Part shown: one piece after another, positions 1 to 11,500 of the stretch
Layout of the letters: the number at the start of each line of letters is the position of its first letter
Numbering within the stretch: position 1 is the stretch's first letter
From: Vicugna vicugna
Taxonomy: Eukaryota
NCBI GenBank assembly: GCA_013265495.1
Contig: MU058252.1
Location: 2,390,244-2,454,243, forward strand
Length of the DNA: 64,000 bases
Direction: 5' to 3'
Notes under the pieces: generated by a model
Databases searched by the model: none
Told to the model about the DNA's origin: nothing
Seen by the model: only the letters and a program-made list of their open reading frames with translations
Program-made: the position numbers and the translations under genes

Positions 1-99
1 TCAGGCCCTACAGCATTAGCTCTGTGCTGACTTAGCAAGAATCCAGATTTTTGTCCATTCGGTGCCTCGTCACGTTTCTTGGCGCCCCTCGTGTGTAAA

Positions 100-200
100 C
101 TGCTCAGCGCACAGCGCTTCCTTTTCTCTCTACAAAATGCCCACGAGGCAGTTATTATTAGCCCTGTTTGTCAGGAGAGTAAACTGAGGCTCAGGTGGGA
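100..200 (-). mobile_element. MIR SINE relic
   Basis: ttattattagccctgtttgtcaggagagtaaactgaggctcag resembles the reverse complement of the MIR core. Confidence 0.6.
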
Positions 201-1068
201 TGAGCTGTGCGCTGGAAGCCGGAGAGCCCGCAACGCGGAGCGCAGGCTTCGTGCCGCTGCCGCCTTGCCTTTCCGAAGCTGCCGGCCTCGGGGCTGGAGG
301 CGCAGGGTCTGCTTGGAGCGGCTGCTGCTGCGGTTCGCGGGGCAGGCTGGCCCGTCTCACACCTGTCAGGCGGCTCTCCTCTCGATGCCTGCCTTCTGTT
401 TCTGGGCCCCCGTCCAAGCTCATTTGGAACCTTTATCCGTGAGCGAATCTGTTTCTTCCTATTAGATTCAACTGAGACAGAGGCAGACACTGGAGACAGA
501 TGGATGGCTGCGGATAACACCAGGGAAGGCAGCCTCCGAGGAGGGGTCAGAGTCACTGCAGTGAAAACTTTCGCTCTCCCTGGAGGTTGTGGAGTCAACA
601 GAAAATCAGCCCAGGGTCCCGAGACTCCAGGACTGACAGCCCAGACAGAGGGGAGGCGGGAGCAGCCCAGGAGGCCCTGTTATCTCTGCTCCAGGTGGAG
701 ACCCAGGATCGATAAAATAAATGAGCTGTTTCATCCAGGCCAGCCTTTCTGATCCAGGGACCCAGAGACAGACACATAAACACGTTTGAGCAATTACTGC
801 AGTAAAACCTGCTGGTCGACCCTCCGTGGCAAATGCGGGCAGTAGAGAGCACGCTGCGTGTAGTTGCAGGCCATCCTTCCCCGCCTTCCTCCGAGGAAGG
901 GCCGTGTGCACTGTGATCCGACCTTCAAAACAAAGGCAGAGGCAGTGACTGGAACCAAGGCTGGCGTGTCACCAGCAAACGGTGGTCTCCAGGCAAGGCT
1001 GTGCCTTCGTCGGCCAACAGAGATGCCGACGCGGGCCTGCGTGCAGGCCGTGAGAGTCCATAGTCTCT

Positions 1069-1504
1069 CTTTTTTTTTATCGAAGTGTAGCTGATTGACA
1101 GTGTTGTGTTAGCGTCTGGTGTACGCACAGGGATTCAGTGTTGAATGTGTATTCTTTCTCGTGATAGGTTATTCCAAGACATCGAACGTAGCTCCCTGTG
1201 CTCTGCAGCAGGTCCTTGTTATTCATCTCTCTTATACATAGTAGTGTGTATTTGCAAATTCCAAACTCACAGTTTATCCCTCCCCCCTTTCCCCTTTGGT
1301 AGCCATAAGCTTGTTTTCTGTGTGAGTCGTCTCTGTTTTGCGAATAAGTTCATTTGTGTCTTTTTTCAGATTCCACGTGTAAGTGACCCTCTATGGTGTT
1401 TGTCTTTCTCTTTCTGGTTCACTCAGTGTGATCATCTCTAGGTCCAACTGTGTTGATGCAAATGGCATGATTTCATTCTTTTTTTTTTTTTTATGGCTGC
1501 GTTT
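1069..1504 (-). mobile_element. 5'-truncated L1 3' end with TSD
   Basis: Poly-T then gaagtgtagctgattgacagtgttgtgttag...gcaaatggcatgatttcattc, similar to the other L1 3' ends in the window; TSD agagtccatagtctct (1053-1068) vs agagtcagtagtctct (1505-1520), 14/16. Confidence 0.9.
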
Positions 1505-1619
1505 AGAGTCAGTAGTCTCTTAATCATTGAATCTGACTTTTCGCCTGTCCCCCCGACACCAGGACTGGTCAGATGTTAGGGGTTCATGATGACAGGGAGA
1601 GGGACGTGAGTGTATTTCT

Positions 1620-1780
1620 CTAATAATACAGACAGTAATGGTGGGAAGCCTCACTGAGCCCACACCACGGACCAGGAACCACCAAGCACTCTCTACACAT
1701 TAGCTATTAAAACCTCACCCCTACCCAATGATGTCAGCATTACTGTCCCCATGTTTAGGTGAGGAAATTAACATTTAGAT
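1620..1780 (-). mobile_element. MIR SINE relic
   Basis: ...cattactgtccccatgtttaggtgaggaaatt matches the antisense MIR core and 3' region. Confidence 0.6.
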
Positions 1781-2339
1781 GCGGGAGTGGAGGGGTGTTT
1801 CTGTAGCCAGTGATGACTCACCACTGGAGGAAAGGCAAACGCTGTGGACTGGAGAGGGGGCAGGCTGGACAGGGTGGCTGGTCAGGGACTCAGGTGCAGC
1901 CAAGACCCCCCCGTACTCACTCTCCCGCTCCTTCCGCTGGCTGCTCCCTTAGGGAGTGAGAGGAGATGACCACCTGCTATTCTGGAATCACTTCCGCAGG
2001 TCTCTTTGTAAAGAGGGAAGGAGGCTTCTCTTCTCTGCTCCAATTTGGAGAATCTCAGGCAAGAATCCTGCTGGCCTGGCATCCCCCGCCCACCCCTTGA
2101 AACAGCCCTGTGGTAGGTAGGTATGTGAGGTCCTCCGATGAGTCCAGGTGGCAGACCGCCCTCTGGCAGGGGTGCGACGGGGTGGATCCTTCACCAGGAG
2201 AGAGAAGGCCGGACACGTGAGCACCGAGGGAGCTGGTAGGGGTCACGCGGTCACTCGGGTCTCCACTTCTGCAGCAGACAGAACCGGGGAGCTGCTAAGC
2301 CTGATCCGGGGCACTGAGTTCCACTCCCGGCACCAATGC

Positions 2340-2515
2340 CCATTAGCTATTTGACTGTAGAAAGATGGCATTTTTCTCTCTGTGCCCCAATCTCCTTAAC
2401 TTTAAGATGGTGATGGCGCCTACCACATGGGATCATTGGGCGGATTAATGAATGCGTGCGCTGGAGCAGTGCCGAGCACGAAGAAGATCTTCATTAATGT
2501 CAGCTAACACCATCA
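2340..2515 (+). mobile_element. MIR SINE relic
   Basis: ctctctgtgccccaatctccttaactttaagatggtgatggcgcctaccacatgggatcattgggcggattaatgaa resembles the MIR core. Confidence 0.6.
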
Positions 2516-3564
2516 CCATCGGCACTGGCGCTGTGTCGAGCCAGATGCCTTGCCCATGGCCCCTCCGACAGCTAACGAGGAAACGTTAGAGCCGGGATTT
2601 TTATCCGAGTTAAGAGGGGCACGCTGTCCCGTGGTCTCCTCCTCCTCAGAATGCCCTCGCCCTTAATTCCCACAGCCCTCCACTTCGTAGGGGGCACTCA
2701 CAGGCTCAGTGCAGCCACACTCAGCGGCTGTCATCGGAGGCTCTGCTCAAAGCCGTGTTCGTCCCAGCTGAGCCGCTCCGCCCAGGCCACGGCAGGGCCG
2801 GAGCCCAGTCCGAAAGCATCCATCTCTGTGAGCCGTTGCCCGACTCCCAAGTCTTGTCTGTTGTCCTTTACCCCGGGCTCTTCATCCTGGCTTCCCCCTC
2901 TGCCCGCGCCCTGGGCAGGGTGCTTAGGCTGGCCCTGGCTTCTGGAGCGCAGCTCTTCTATGCTTCCATCGTGTTCTGTGTGTGAAGATTTTGTCCATTA
3001 ACTTGATCAGGCTCTTGCTCATCGCAGGGGTCGGACGTGGCCTTTGTCCCCAGGGAGAGGTCCTCATTGATTGGAATTTATTACCCCAGGCCTCTTCCAA
3101 GGTGTTTGACGAGACCCGGATGCCCATGACCGGCCTTTGCCTAAAACCTGTCCATTTCCATGATGGCCGACACCAACAAAGTGACCTTGGTCAGGGGAAG
3201 GGAACGTGCAAATGAGCGAGCCACAGGTCTAGAGCCCACCGAAGCGTGTCCTCCTCAGCTGGACTCTGGCTCTGGCTGAGCACCTTTCTTTCCCAGCGAC
3301 TGGATTCCCACGGCCAAAAGCCTCTTTCTACTTGGAGAACTGACTTAGCAATGTGGCAGCACTGTAACAGTCTGTCAGTGGTGGTTTTAGGCCCAGTGGG
3401 AATGGTAGCACCTTTGGAGTCCCGTGCGGCCCTCTCGGCACCTCCTTCTCTCCCTGCTGCTGGCTGGTGTGTGTGCAGAAAAGCAGCTCGGTGTGTTTAC
3501 CGGCCTGAAGCGAGAGCCGCCTGCCCTGAGTTCGCTGGTGAGTTTCTAACTGAGCCTTTGTCCT

Positions 3565-3603
3565 TGTGACCTGGGTTCTGTGACCTGGGTTCTGTGACCT
3601 GGG
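3565..3603 (+). repeat. 14-bp tandem repeat (tgtgacctgggttc) x2.8
   Basis: Read directly: units start at 3565, 3579 and 3593; followed by a MIR3-like tail (gggttggactagatggtct). Confidence 0.9.
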
Positions 3604-4649
3604 GCTCGTTGCCTGGAACCTTTGGGCTTCTGATTCTCTATGGTCAAATAAAGGGTTGGACTAGATGGTCTTTCACGGCACAAGCATCCAATATGCTCTG
3701 AGACAACTCTGCTGCCAAATGCACATCCCAACACAGCTCAGCACTTCGCATGGTTTCCTGTCTTTGGAGACTCTGAGAGCAGGGCCAGTCCTCCCTTGGG
3801 CACCGCTGCACCTCCGTTGTCCATCCCAGCAACTGGCACATGGTGGCGCGTGGCGGTATTTAATACACATACATTGGATGACCATAAAGCCATGACCCTC
3901 CACGCCCTGAGCCAACAGAGTAAGCTACCTACAGTCAGAGCTCAGGAAACACCCAGAGAGAACCGGCTTTTGTGCTCTGCGTATCTCAGGGCTGCTGCTT
4001 CCATGAGACCCTGCTCGGTGTGGAGGGGGCTAACTGAGTTTGAGGTTCCACAACTCATCTACGTATCAGTTTCAAGAACTCACATACAAATCAGGCCTCT
4101 GGCTGAAGCCCATGACCATCTTCCCAGGGCTAAGAGGCACATAAGATACCAGCAGAGCAAAGGCAGGCCTTAGCTGAGAACTGTGTGATGGTCCAGATCC
4201 AAGGGGAGGGGGCGCTGGAATATTCTCCAGCCTCTCTGTTCACCTTTATAATCCCCCAAAGAGCCCACGAGTCCCCACCAAACCCTGTGACAGCCCCCAC
4301 ACTCCCTGTTCCCCTCGCCTGCCCCGGCTACGTGTGTGTGGTGGAGACAGAGGATGTCCCCGCCGGCTTAAAACGCAGCGCCTCTAGGATGCTGACTTTC
4401 CTCTTGCACTGGTGAATTATTTTCTATTTTCCTCACTAATATAATGAATGAAACAGGGCCAGCTCTCTTACTCTTATCTGACAGAGGCACACAGTGTAAT
4501 TCAGAGAGGTTTTATGACCCAAGGAGAGCCCAAGGTCAGGTCTCCTTTGGCTTTTGTCTCCCATTAAAAAGGATGTGCCTCCCTCCAAATGAGCCATGTT
4601 CCAGTATTTTGTGCAGACATCCGCCTTCCTTGCCTCCTTCCCTCCCTCC

Positions 4650-4930
4650 TCTTCTTCATTTGTTTATGCCACCGATATTTAATGAGCACCAACTATGTGC
4701 CAGGGACTGTGGAGGATTTTGGAAGTGATGCGAGGAAAGAGCAAATAAACAAATATGTAAATAAGAAAATACCAAGGAATGCTAGGAATTCCAATTTTTA
4801 AAAAATGTAAATGATGCTGTTGCAAATGACCTCATGAGCGAGAGGTGAAGAAAGTAGGTGTGATTTGAGCGGCTCACTGTGTGAAAAAACAGGTACAGAA
4901 CATTCCAGGGAGAGGAACTGTGCTGTTTGA
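4650..4930 (-). mobile_element. L2 LINE relic
   Basis: cattt...atatttaatgagcaccaactatgtgccagg and ttccaggggagaggaactgtg resemble antisense L2 3' sequence. Confidence 0.5.
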
Positions 4931-5854
4931 GTCTTTGCATGTCATTACCAGCTTCACAGATCTGCACATGAGGATGTCTAACTGTACTTTCACTCTTGAC
5001 CTCCTTGCCTTGGATAGAGGGTGTCTCTGAGTCTTGGACCGCAGCCTAGGATATCAGCATAGGCCCCTGTGATTGGCTCCGCCGAAGTCTGAGACTGTTG
5101 TGGTCAGAGGCTTTAACAGAAGACGTTATTTGCAAGTGTGTCTTCATCAAGAAATCTGTTTCGTTTGTTAAAAATCCATACTGGGAGAGGAACTGTAGCA
5201 AAGAACGGGCTATTTTTACATTAAAACCAGTGTCTGGAGTAAATAGATTTCCTGGTGGGTGATGTGAGAATGAATCTCTGATCCTAACTACTTCAGCTGC
5301 TTTCAGAGGGATTTTGGCAAATAGAGTTTGCTTCTTGGCCTAATTGACGTCCTGGTTAATTTACCCCAGCAGCGATGGCATTACCAGTATTTGTAGAACA
5401 AAAATTGCTTCTGACTGTGCCCGCATGGATGAAAAAGTCATCATAATTTGTTTGAAGGAATGGAGATTTAGAAGAATGAGTAAAAAATGCTAAATGAAGT
5501 ATGCACACAGGACTTTCGTTCTTAGTTCCTGAGCTTCACTTACGTCTACGTGATTGAGGGAACAGAAACAGAATTCACATTTTAGTGAATAGAGGCTCAC
5601 CCTTCCTTCGGCTCCCTGAGGACCACCCCCCAGGTCGAGGGGGCTGCTTCAGAGTGGCTGGGAAAAGCTGCTCTATCTTGTGCAGATCTAATTTTTAAAC
5701 CTCAGGTGTACATCCGTTGCGATGAAGACCTCTTACTCTTTCTTTCTAGAGACAGGGGTTTGTTGCCTAAAACGCTGTTTCCTACACGTGTGGATTACTT
5801 TTTAAATACACTTTTATATTCCTTTCTCATTTAATTTTTTTCTGAGTGGGAGAA

Positions 5855-6585
5855 GAGTAAAGTGGTTACAGCCAAGGGCCTTGAACCCCACTATGTTGGG
5901 TTTTTTTGTTTATTTGTTTTATTGAAGTATAGTCAGTGTCAACTTCCGGTGTACAGCATAATGTCCCAGTCATGCATATATACACACACATGTATTTGTT
6001 TTCATATTCTTTTTCATTTAAGGTTATTATAAGGCACTGAACACAGTTCCCTGTGCTGTACAGAAGAAATTTGGTTTTTATCTATTTTTTAGACACAGTG
6101 GTTAACATTTGTAAATCTCAAACTCCCAAATTTATCCCTTCCCACCCCATTGCCCCTGATAACCTTACGTTTGTTTACTGTGTCTGTGAGTCTGTTTCTG
6201 TTTTGTAGGTGAGTTCACTAGTGTCCTCTGTCTTCCTTTTTCTCTATTTTTAGGTTCCACATATGAGTGATCTCATATGACATTTTTCTTTCTCTTTCTG
6301 GCTTACTTCACCTAGAATGACGTTCTCCGGGTCCATCCATGTTGCTGCAAATGGCATTAATTTATTCTTTTTTTTTTAATCACTGAATAGTATCCCCCTT
6401 TATAAACATACCACAGCTTCTTTTTGTTTTGAGTGCCAGCTCCACCACCCACAGGCTGCATGAGTTTGGACAAGTCTCTTACTTTCTCTAAGTTTTAGTA
6501 TCCCCACTGGAAAAAAAGGAAATAATGAGATTGATTACCAGCCTTACACAGCTGGGGAGAATTAGATGAGTGAATCCGCTTGTAG
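5855..6585 (+). mobile_element. MIR SINE split by an L1 insertion (halves ~5855-5900 and ~6430-6585)
   Basis: gtggttacagccaagggccttgaaccccactatgttgggt ... gagtgccagctccaccacccacaggctgcatgagtttggacaagtctctta are contiguous parts of the MIR consensus. Confidence 0.65.
5901..6423 (-). mobile_element. 5'-truncated L1 3' end
   Basis: ttttattgaagtatagtcag...cagttccctgtgctgtacagaagaaa...catccatgttgctgcaaatggcatt; closely similar to the L1 at 53710-54844. Confidence 0.92.
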
Positions 6586-6597
6586 TGAATGGTACTT

Positions 6598-6715
6598 TGT
6601 TTTAAATTGTGGTAAAATAAACACGACATAAAATTAACCATCTTAAGCATTCATTGTACGTGTACTGTCTGGTGGTGTTGAGTATATTCACACTGCTGTG
6701 AAACAGATCTCCAGT
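6598..6715 (-). mobile_element. Old L1M (L1MB-like) 3' end fragment
   Basis: aattgtggtaaaata...acataaaattaaccatcttaa...agtatattcacactgctgtgaaac. Confidence 0.7.
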
Positions 6716-7049
6716 GTGTGGCACATTTTTCTAGTGGGAAGACCTATGTTAGAAATTCATCTTTGGTACTGAAACATGTTGAGGAACAGTCTCATCACTA
6801 CCTGTGAAACTGAGACCAAAAGACTTGTTAGCATCTAAGAGTGAGCCTGCTCATGTTCACAGACCTCCCTGGAAATGTTTCGTTTTGCTTAGAATTTTTT
6901 TTTTATCATATCTCCACTGCTATAAACCTGGCTCTTTGCAGATGAATCAGTATCTCCAAGGTCAGGTAACTTATTTTTGTATGTTTCACTGGAGATTTTG
7001 GTCTCTGTGATGAGTACAAGTTGTTAATTTGCAGCTTCCCAAGACCTGT

Positions 7050-7215
7050 CTTCCGCTTCCCTCCCTTCCCTGCCTCTCTCACCGCTCCCCTCTCCTCTCC
7101 TCCCATCTTCGTTATCTCATCGTAACTTCTTCCCTTGACTTCTTTTGTGTAGTTTTTCTTCTCTCTCCTCCGTTCTCCTCTCACTTCTTCTAGCATCCCT
7201 TCTTCAACCCCCTGC
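7050..7215. repeat. Pyrimidine-rich low-complexity tract
   Basis: C/T-dominated run read directly. Confidence 0.7.
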
Positions 7216-7666
7216 TCCACGTTTAATTCAATGAGGCTGAAACTGATAGTGGTTTGGCCAGTCGGACATGCCCAGGGGGATGCTCAGTCGTGGGAGCTGA
7301 GAAGCAAAGGAAGCTGCCAGTCGTGGCCCAGGCATGCCTTTGTCTACACAGCTACATCTCTGAGCTTCCTTTTGCCAAAATCAACTGCAGAAATAAATTA
7401 TTCAAGAAAGTTTCAGAGGATTCTCGCTGGCTCCCAACCTCTGAAACTATAACCAAACAGTATGTTTGAGTCATTTATTTGCCATTTATTTGAACATCTG
7501 GATGACTTGATGTTCAATAGAGCAAAACCTTATCAATTTAATTTTTATTTATTTTGAATATTGCATAGCCTGGAGTCATTTTCTGGTTAAAATTTCCTAT
7601 GCTTTAATTATTCCCCCTTAATATTTAATACTGCCTTCCATACAACAGATGATGCTACTGACCCAC

Positions 7667-8085
7667 TGTCGCAGGCAGAACCTTGGCCCCCATCATCTCT
7701 GTCCCCTGGTGTCAATGCCTATGGTTGTGTTACCTGCAGTGCATGCCAAGAGGGACCTCGCGGATGGAATTGTTCACTAACCAGAGGACCTTAAGACATG
7801 GAGGTGATCACGGATTCTCTGGGTGGGCACAGTGCAATCAGACGAGCCCTTAAAGGCAAAGCAGGACCCTGCCAGCAGAGTGATCTTGGAAGCGCACTTT
7901 TCCCCAGAGCCTCCAAAAGAAATGTCCTGCCGATATTTTAATTTCCAACTTGTCAAACCGTAAACAGAGGACCCAGCCACACTGCTGGACTCCTGCCCTG
8001 CGGAGCCATGTGGTGATAGATGAGTGTTGCTTTAAGCCACTAAGTTTGTGCCAGCTTGTTACAGCAGCAGCAGAAGACTGATACA
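7667..8085 (+). mobile_element. MaLR MLT1-family solo LTR
   Basis: TG...CA termini; start tgtcgcaggcagaa, end ttgctttaagccactaagtttgtg...ttgttacagcagca...ctgataca, both typical of MLT1. Confidence 0.85.
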
Positions 8086-8329
8086 CGCAGCGTTCCCTGG
8101 CAGGTCGCCAGCTCTCCCTTGTGCCCGTTTTCCGTCGTGGAGGGTGGCTTGTGCTGACCTCACCACAGCTCTCAGCCTCAGCCTCTCTCTGACCAACACC
8201 ATCCACGGACAGGGCCCCAGTCCAGGTGAATGTGTGTTCTGCTTCCATGGAACAGGATGAAGTGAACTGACACTTCAGAAATATGTGACACTGTGCCTCC
8301 TTAGAATTATGCTCTGACCAGAGAACTGA

Positions 8330-8585
8330 GTGGAAGTGGAGGTTCTGCTAGCTACTGTGCATAAAATGGATGAACAACAAGTTCGCCCTGGGCAGCACAG
8401 GGGAACTATATTCACTGCCTTGTAGTAACTTCAGTGAAAAAGAACATGAAAAGAAATATATGTGTGTCCACGTGCGACTGCGGCATTGTGCTGCACACCA
8501 GGAACTGACACACTGTAAGCTGAGTATGATTCAATTATGTGTGTATGTATATATATATGTGCATATGTGTATATATATATATATG
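8330..8585 (+). mobile_element. L1 3' end fragment; tail converted to (TG/TA)n microsatellite
   Basis: gcacaggggaactatattca...gaaaaagaacatgaaaagaaatatatg...caccaggaactgacaca, then tatgtgtgtatgtatatatatatg. Confidence 0.85.
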
Positions 8586-11500
8586 ACTGTGCAGGCTCTG
8601 ATTCAGTACTTACACCAAAGGACGACCTGGAAGCCAATTGCATTCCCTGCGAAGGAAGGTCAAAGTGCAGAATTTGGTGGATCATCTCACATTTCCTGAC
8701 TCAGAATCTCCCGAGGCTTGGGCAGGGAAGGTGCAGGTTGGTGGGGGGGCTTTTTTGGTGCTCTGGTGGATTTTCAGGGGAATGGGCAGTTTTGAAGAGC
8801 ACTCTGGCAATTCTTCTGTTACCAACAGCTGAAAGCCAGAGCTGTGCTCTGTGATCTGAGTAGCTGGCTGAGACTCCACGGGTCATGAGATCAGTGTAGT
8901 GCGACCACGTTTTTCAAAAATAGACATGAACGGAAAAGAAAAGACGGCGTCAGAATGCCTTGCAGAGTGTTAAGTATGTTCGGTGAAACCTTTGTTTCTG
9001 TGCGTGTGTTTCTGTATGTGTGTGAGCATGTGTCCGTGTGCACACGTGTGTGTACAGGGTCACCGTGAAAAAGGGTCGCCAAGATGACAAATATTTGAGA
9101 AACGCTGCTCTAATCGGATCCTGTGAACCCGAGACCTTTGTCTGGTCCTCTCGCGTTGACTGGGACTCCTCACTGATACCCAGTGCCTGCTCGCCTGGCC
9201 TGCCGGTTCCAGGCTGTTCTGTGAAGAACACCGCAGGCAGGCCTGGAAGGGACTTTCTCAGCCGCAGTAGAGGCCCTCGGGGACACACTTCTTTCCATTC
9301 GGGGACCTGCTGAACATGTCAGTGGGAAAACTTCCTGTGTTCAGTGGAGAGTTAGGGTTCTTTGAGCACTTCCCAGAGATGCAGCCACATGAAGCGTAGG
9401 CAGCCGGCTGGCTGTGGACCCGCAGAAGCGGGGCCCCCGCGCGGGGCATGCTGAGGGGGGCGGCTTCGTCAGCGGAGGCGACGTGCGCTGCTACCGCACG
9501 TACAGGTTTCAGAGAAAGACGGTCATAGAAGCCAACACACCTGCGTAGTTCTTGAGAAAATGGAAGGAGTGATAAAGTGATAGAATGGATGAAAGGATGC
9601 TAAGGAAAGGCGCAGAGGGGTCGAGCTGAAGGCCTTTCGCAGGCGCACCTAAGCCCCTCCCCGGGGCCCTGCGCCCCGGCGAGCACACTGGAATCACTGG
9701 GATACATGTGCTAACGACTGTCCCCGGAAAATGGGACATTTGTTTATTTATACTTTTTAAAAAAACTCTTCTCTGGTAGGAATAATTTAGATTGATTCTG
9801 AAGTGAGGAGCCTCACCTTGCCCAGCTTGGTCTGCAGTACCAGCCATGGTGGGAGTAACAGTGGTACTCAGGTACTGGGGAGGGTACTTAGAGTGCCCAG
9901 CATAACCCACGGACAATACGGAACATGTTACCTTTGCCGTTTGGCCGTGGAGGAGAGTGAGGCTCGGAGAGGTCAGGGTAGCACACCATAACATTGCCCG
10001 TCAGAGCTGAGGCAGGAACATGGAAGCCCTGACTCCCAGGCTGCCTGTGTCCAAGCACCCCACGCCTCTGGCCAACCCTGGCACTCTGCAGAGCACTGAG
10101 GGGTAAACACAGCCCCGGTCCCGATCCTGAGAGTCAATTTTAAGTCTTGGTGATGCTTAATCCCTGCAGAAGGTGGAATTTGCTCATTTGTGTTCAATGA
10201 GCTTTGAAGAACGAAAGGTCATTGCTAATTTGAAGATAAAACCTTTACAGAGACAATATCCTGCCATTACTACGGAGAGGTTAGCCTCCACCACGTGGTC
10301 AGGAAGCAAAGAAGCCATTGTTGAGCAAACTCTGAAATATCCGAGGCCTCAAGGATCCCCACGCCTCTTTTAAAGTGCTTTCATGCTGACCAGCAGTATT
10401 ATTTTTTTCTTTGGCTCACAGCTTCAGTCCCTGACCACAAAGCCAAAAGCCACAGGAAGGCAGAAAAGTACAATAAATGTGCTTTCTCTACCTGTCCCTA
10501 GCAGACATATCGTAGTTTTAATAAGTCATGGGCACTTGCAGAAAGGAACAGTAACTCCAGGTGAAGGCTCTGCCTCGGTGGAGGCACGGCGAGGAAGTGG
10601 TGCCTTGCTGGGTGCAGGACCTCAAGGGCAGACCTCTGTAGGCTTGAAGGAAGCCACCAGCTATGGCTCTATCCGGAAATACACAGCTAACGTTCATGTA
10701 GATTTCCGCAGTTTGAAAAGAGCCCTGTCTTATTCTGTGACAGCCCTTTTCAGTTTGTGTCCAGGGTTCCAGATTGGGAGGGGAGGTTGGAGAGCCTTTG
10801 GAAGCAATAAGGGAAGAAGTCGCCCCAGACCAGCAAGATGGTGGCATGACCGCCTGGAGCAGGTCTTTGCTGCTTCAAGATGGAACCCGAGAGAAGAGGC
10901 AGGACCCCAAGGGAGGGCTTCATGGAGGCTGTGTCCTGGGAAACTTGGCTCCCAGCCCCTCCAAAGGGTCTTGTGTCCCAAGGCAGCACCAAAGTGGTGG
11001 GACTGCCACACCTGGAGGAACAATGCAGAATGAAATTAGCGTCCCGTCACCAGTGACGAGTGGTCACGCGGCCCCTCCCCGGCTTTGGCGCTGCACAAAC
11101 CCGCAGACCTGGACCAGCCCCGGGGGATGCCCCGCTGGTGGCCGACACTGAGCTGCCTGACATCCTGCCAGACATAACGCTGGACATTATAAAAGCACTG
11201 AGGAAATGCGATCTTCTCGCGGACCTGCATTTGTAGATTACATACAGAACAAAGAGGACAAAACCAGAGTCCAAGATGGTAGTTCGGTGTGTTTACATAA
11301 AGTCTTGGCAAAGAGTGTCTCAGTGGCCACTGGAGTCAGATTCGAAACTGTGAGTCTTGAAATGGTTAACTTACGTGAGAAGCCACTGGGCCGGGTGTCG
11401 ATATTCCGGAGCTGAATTCTTGACCACCTGAAGTTCAGCTCTTATAAACGTGTGGTTGTTACTTCATGGATGCCGTCCCTGGAAGTCAAATAATAAATTT

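Noticed and set aside
79..752. Stack of overlapping ORFs in a CpG-rich patch
   Set aside because: Starts within a MIR relic; GC richness explains the lack of stops; no homology recognised
3565..3603. CRISPR-like or other spacer array
   Set aside because: Contiguous tandem units without spacers in mammalian DNA; no repeat-spacer array seen anywhere in the window
8998..9055. Alternating purine-pyrimidine tract with small palindromes (Z-DNA potential)
   Set aside because: Degenerate (TG)n microsatellite; common and uninformative
10383..11033. 216-aa plus-strand ORF
   Set aside because: No recognisable protein motif; overlapping ORFs in several frames indicate stop-poor non-coding DNA
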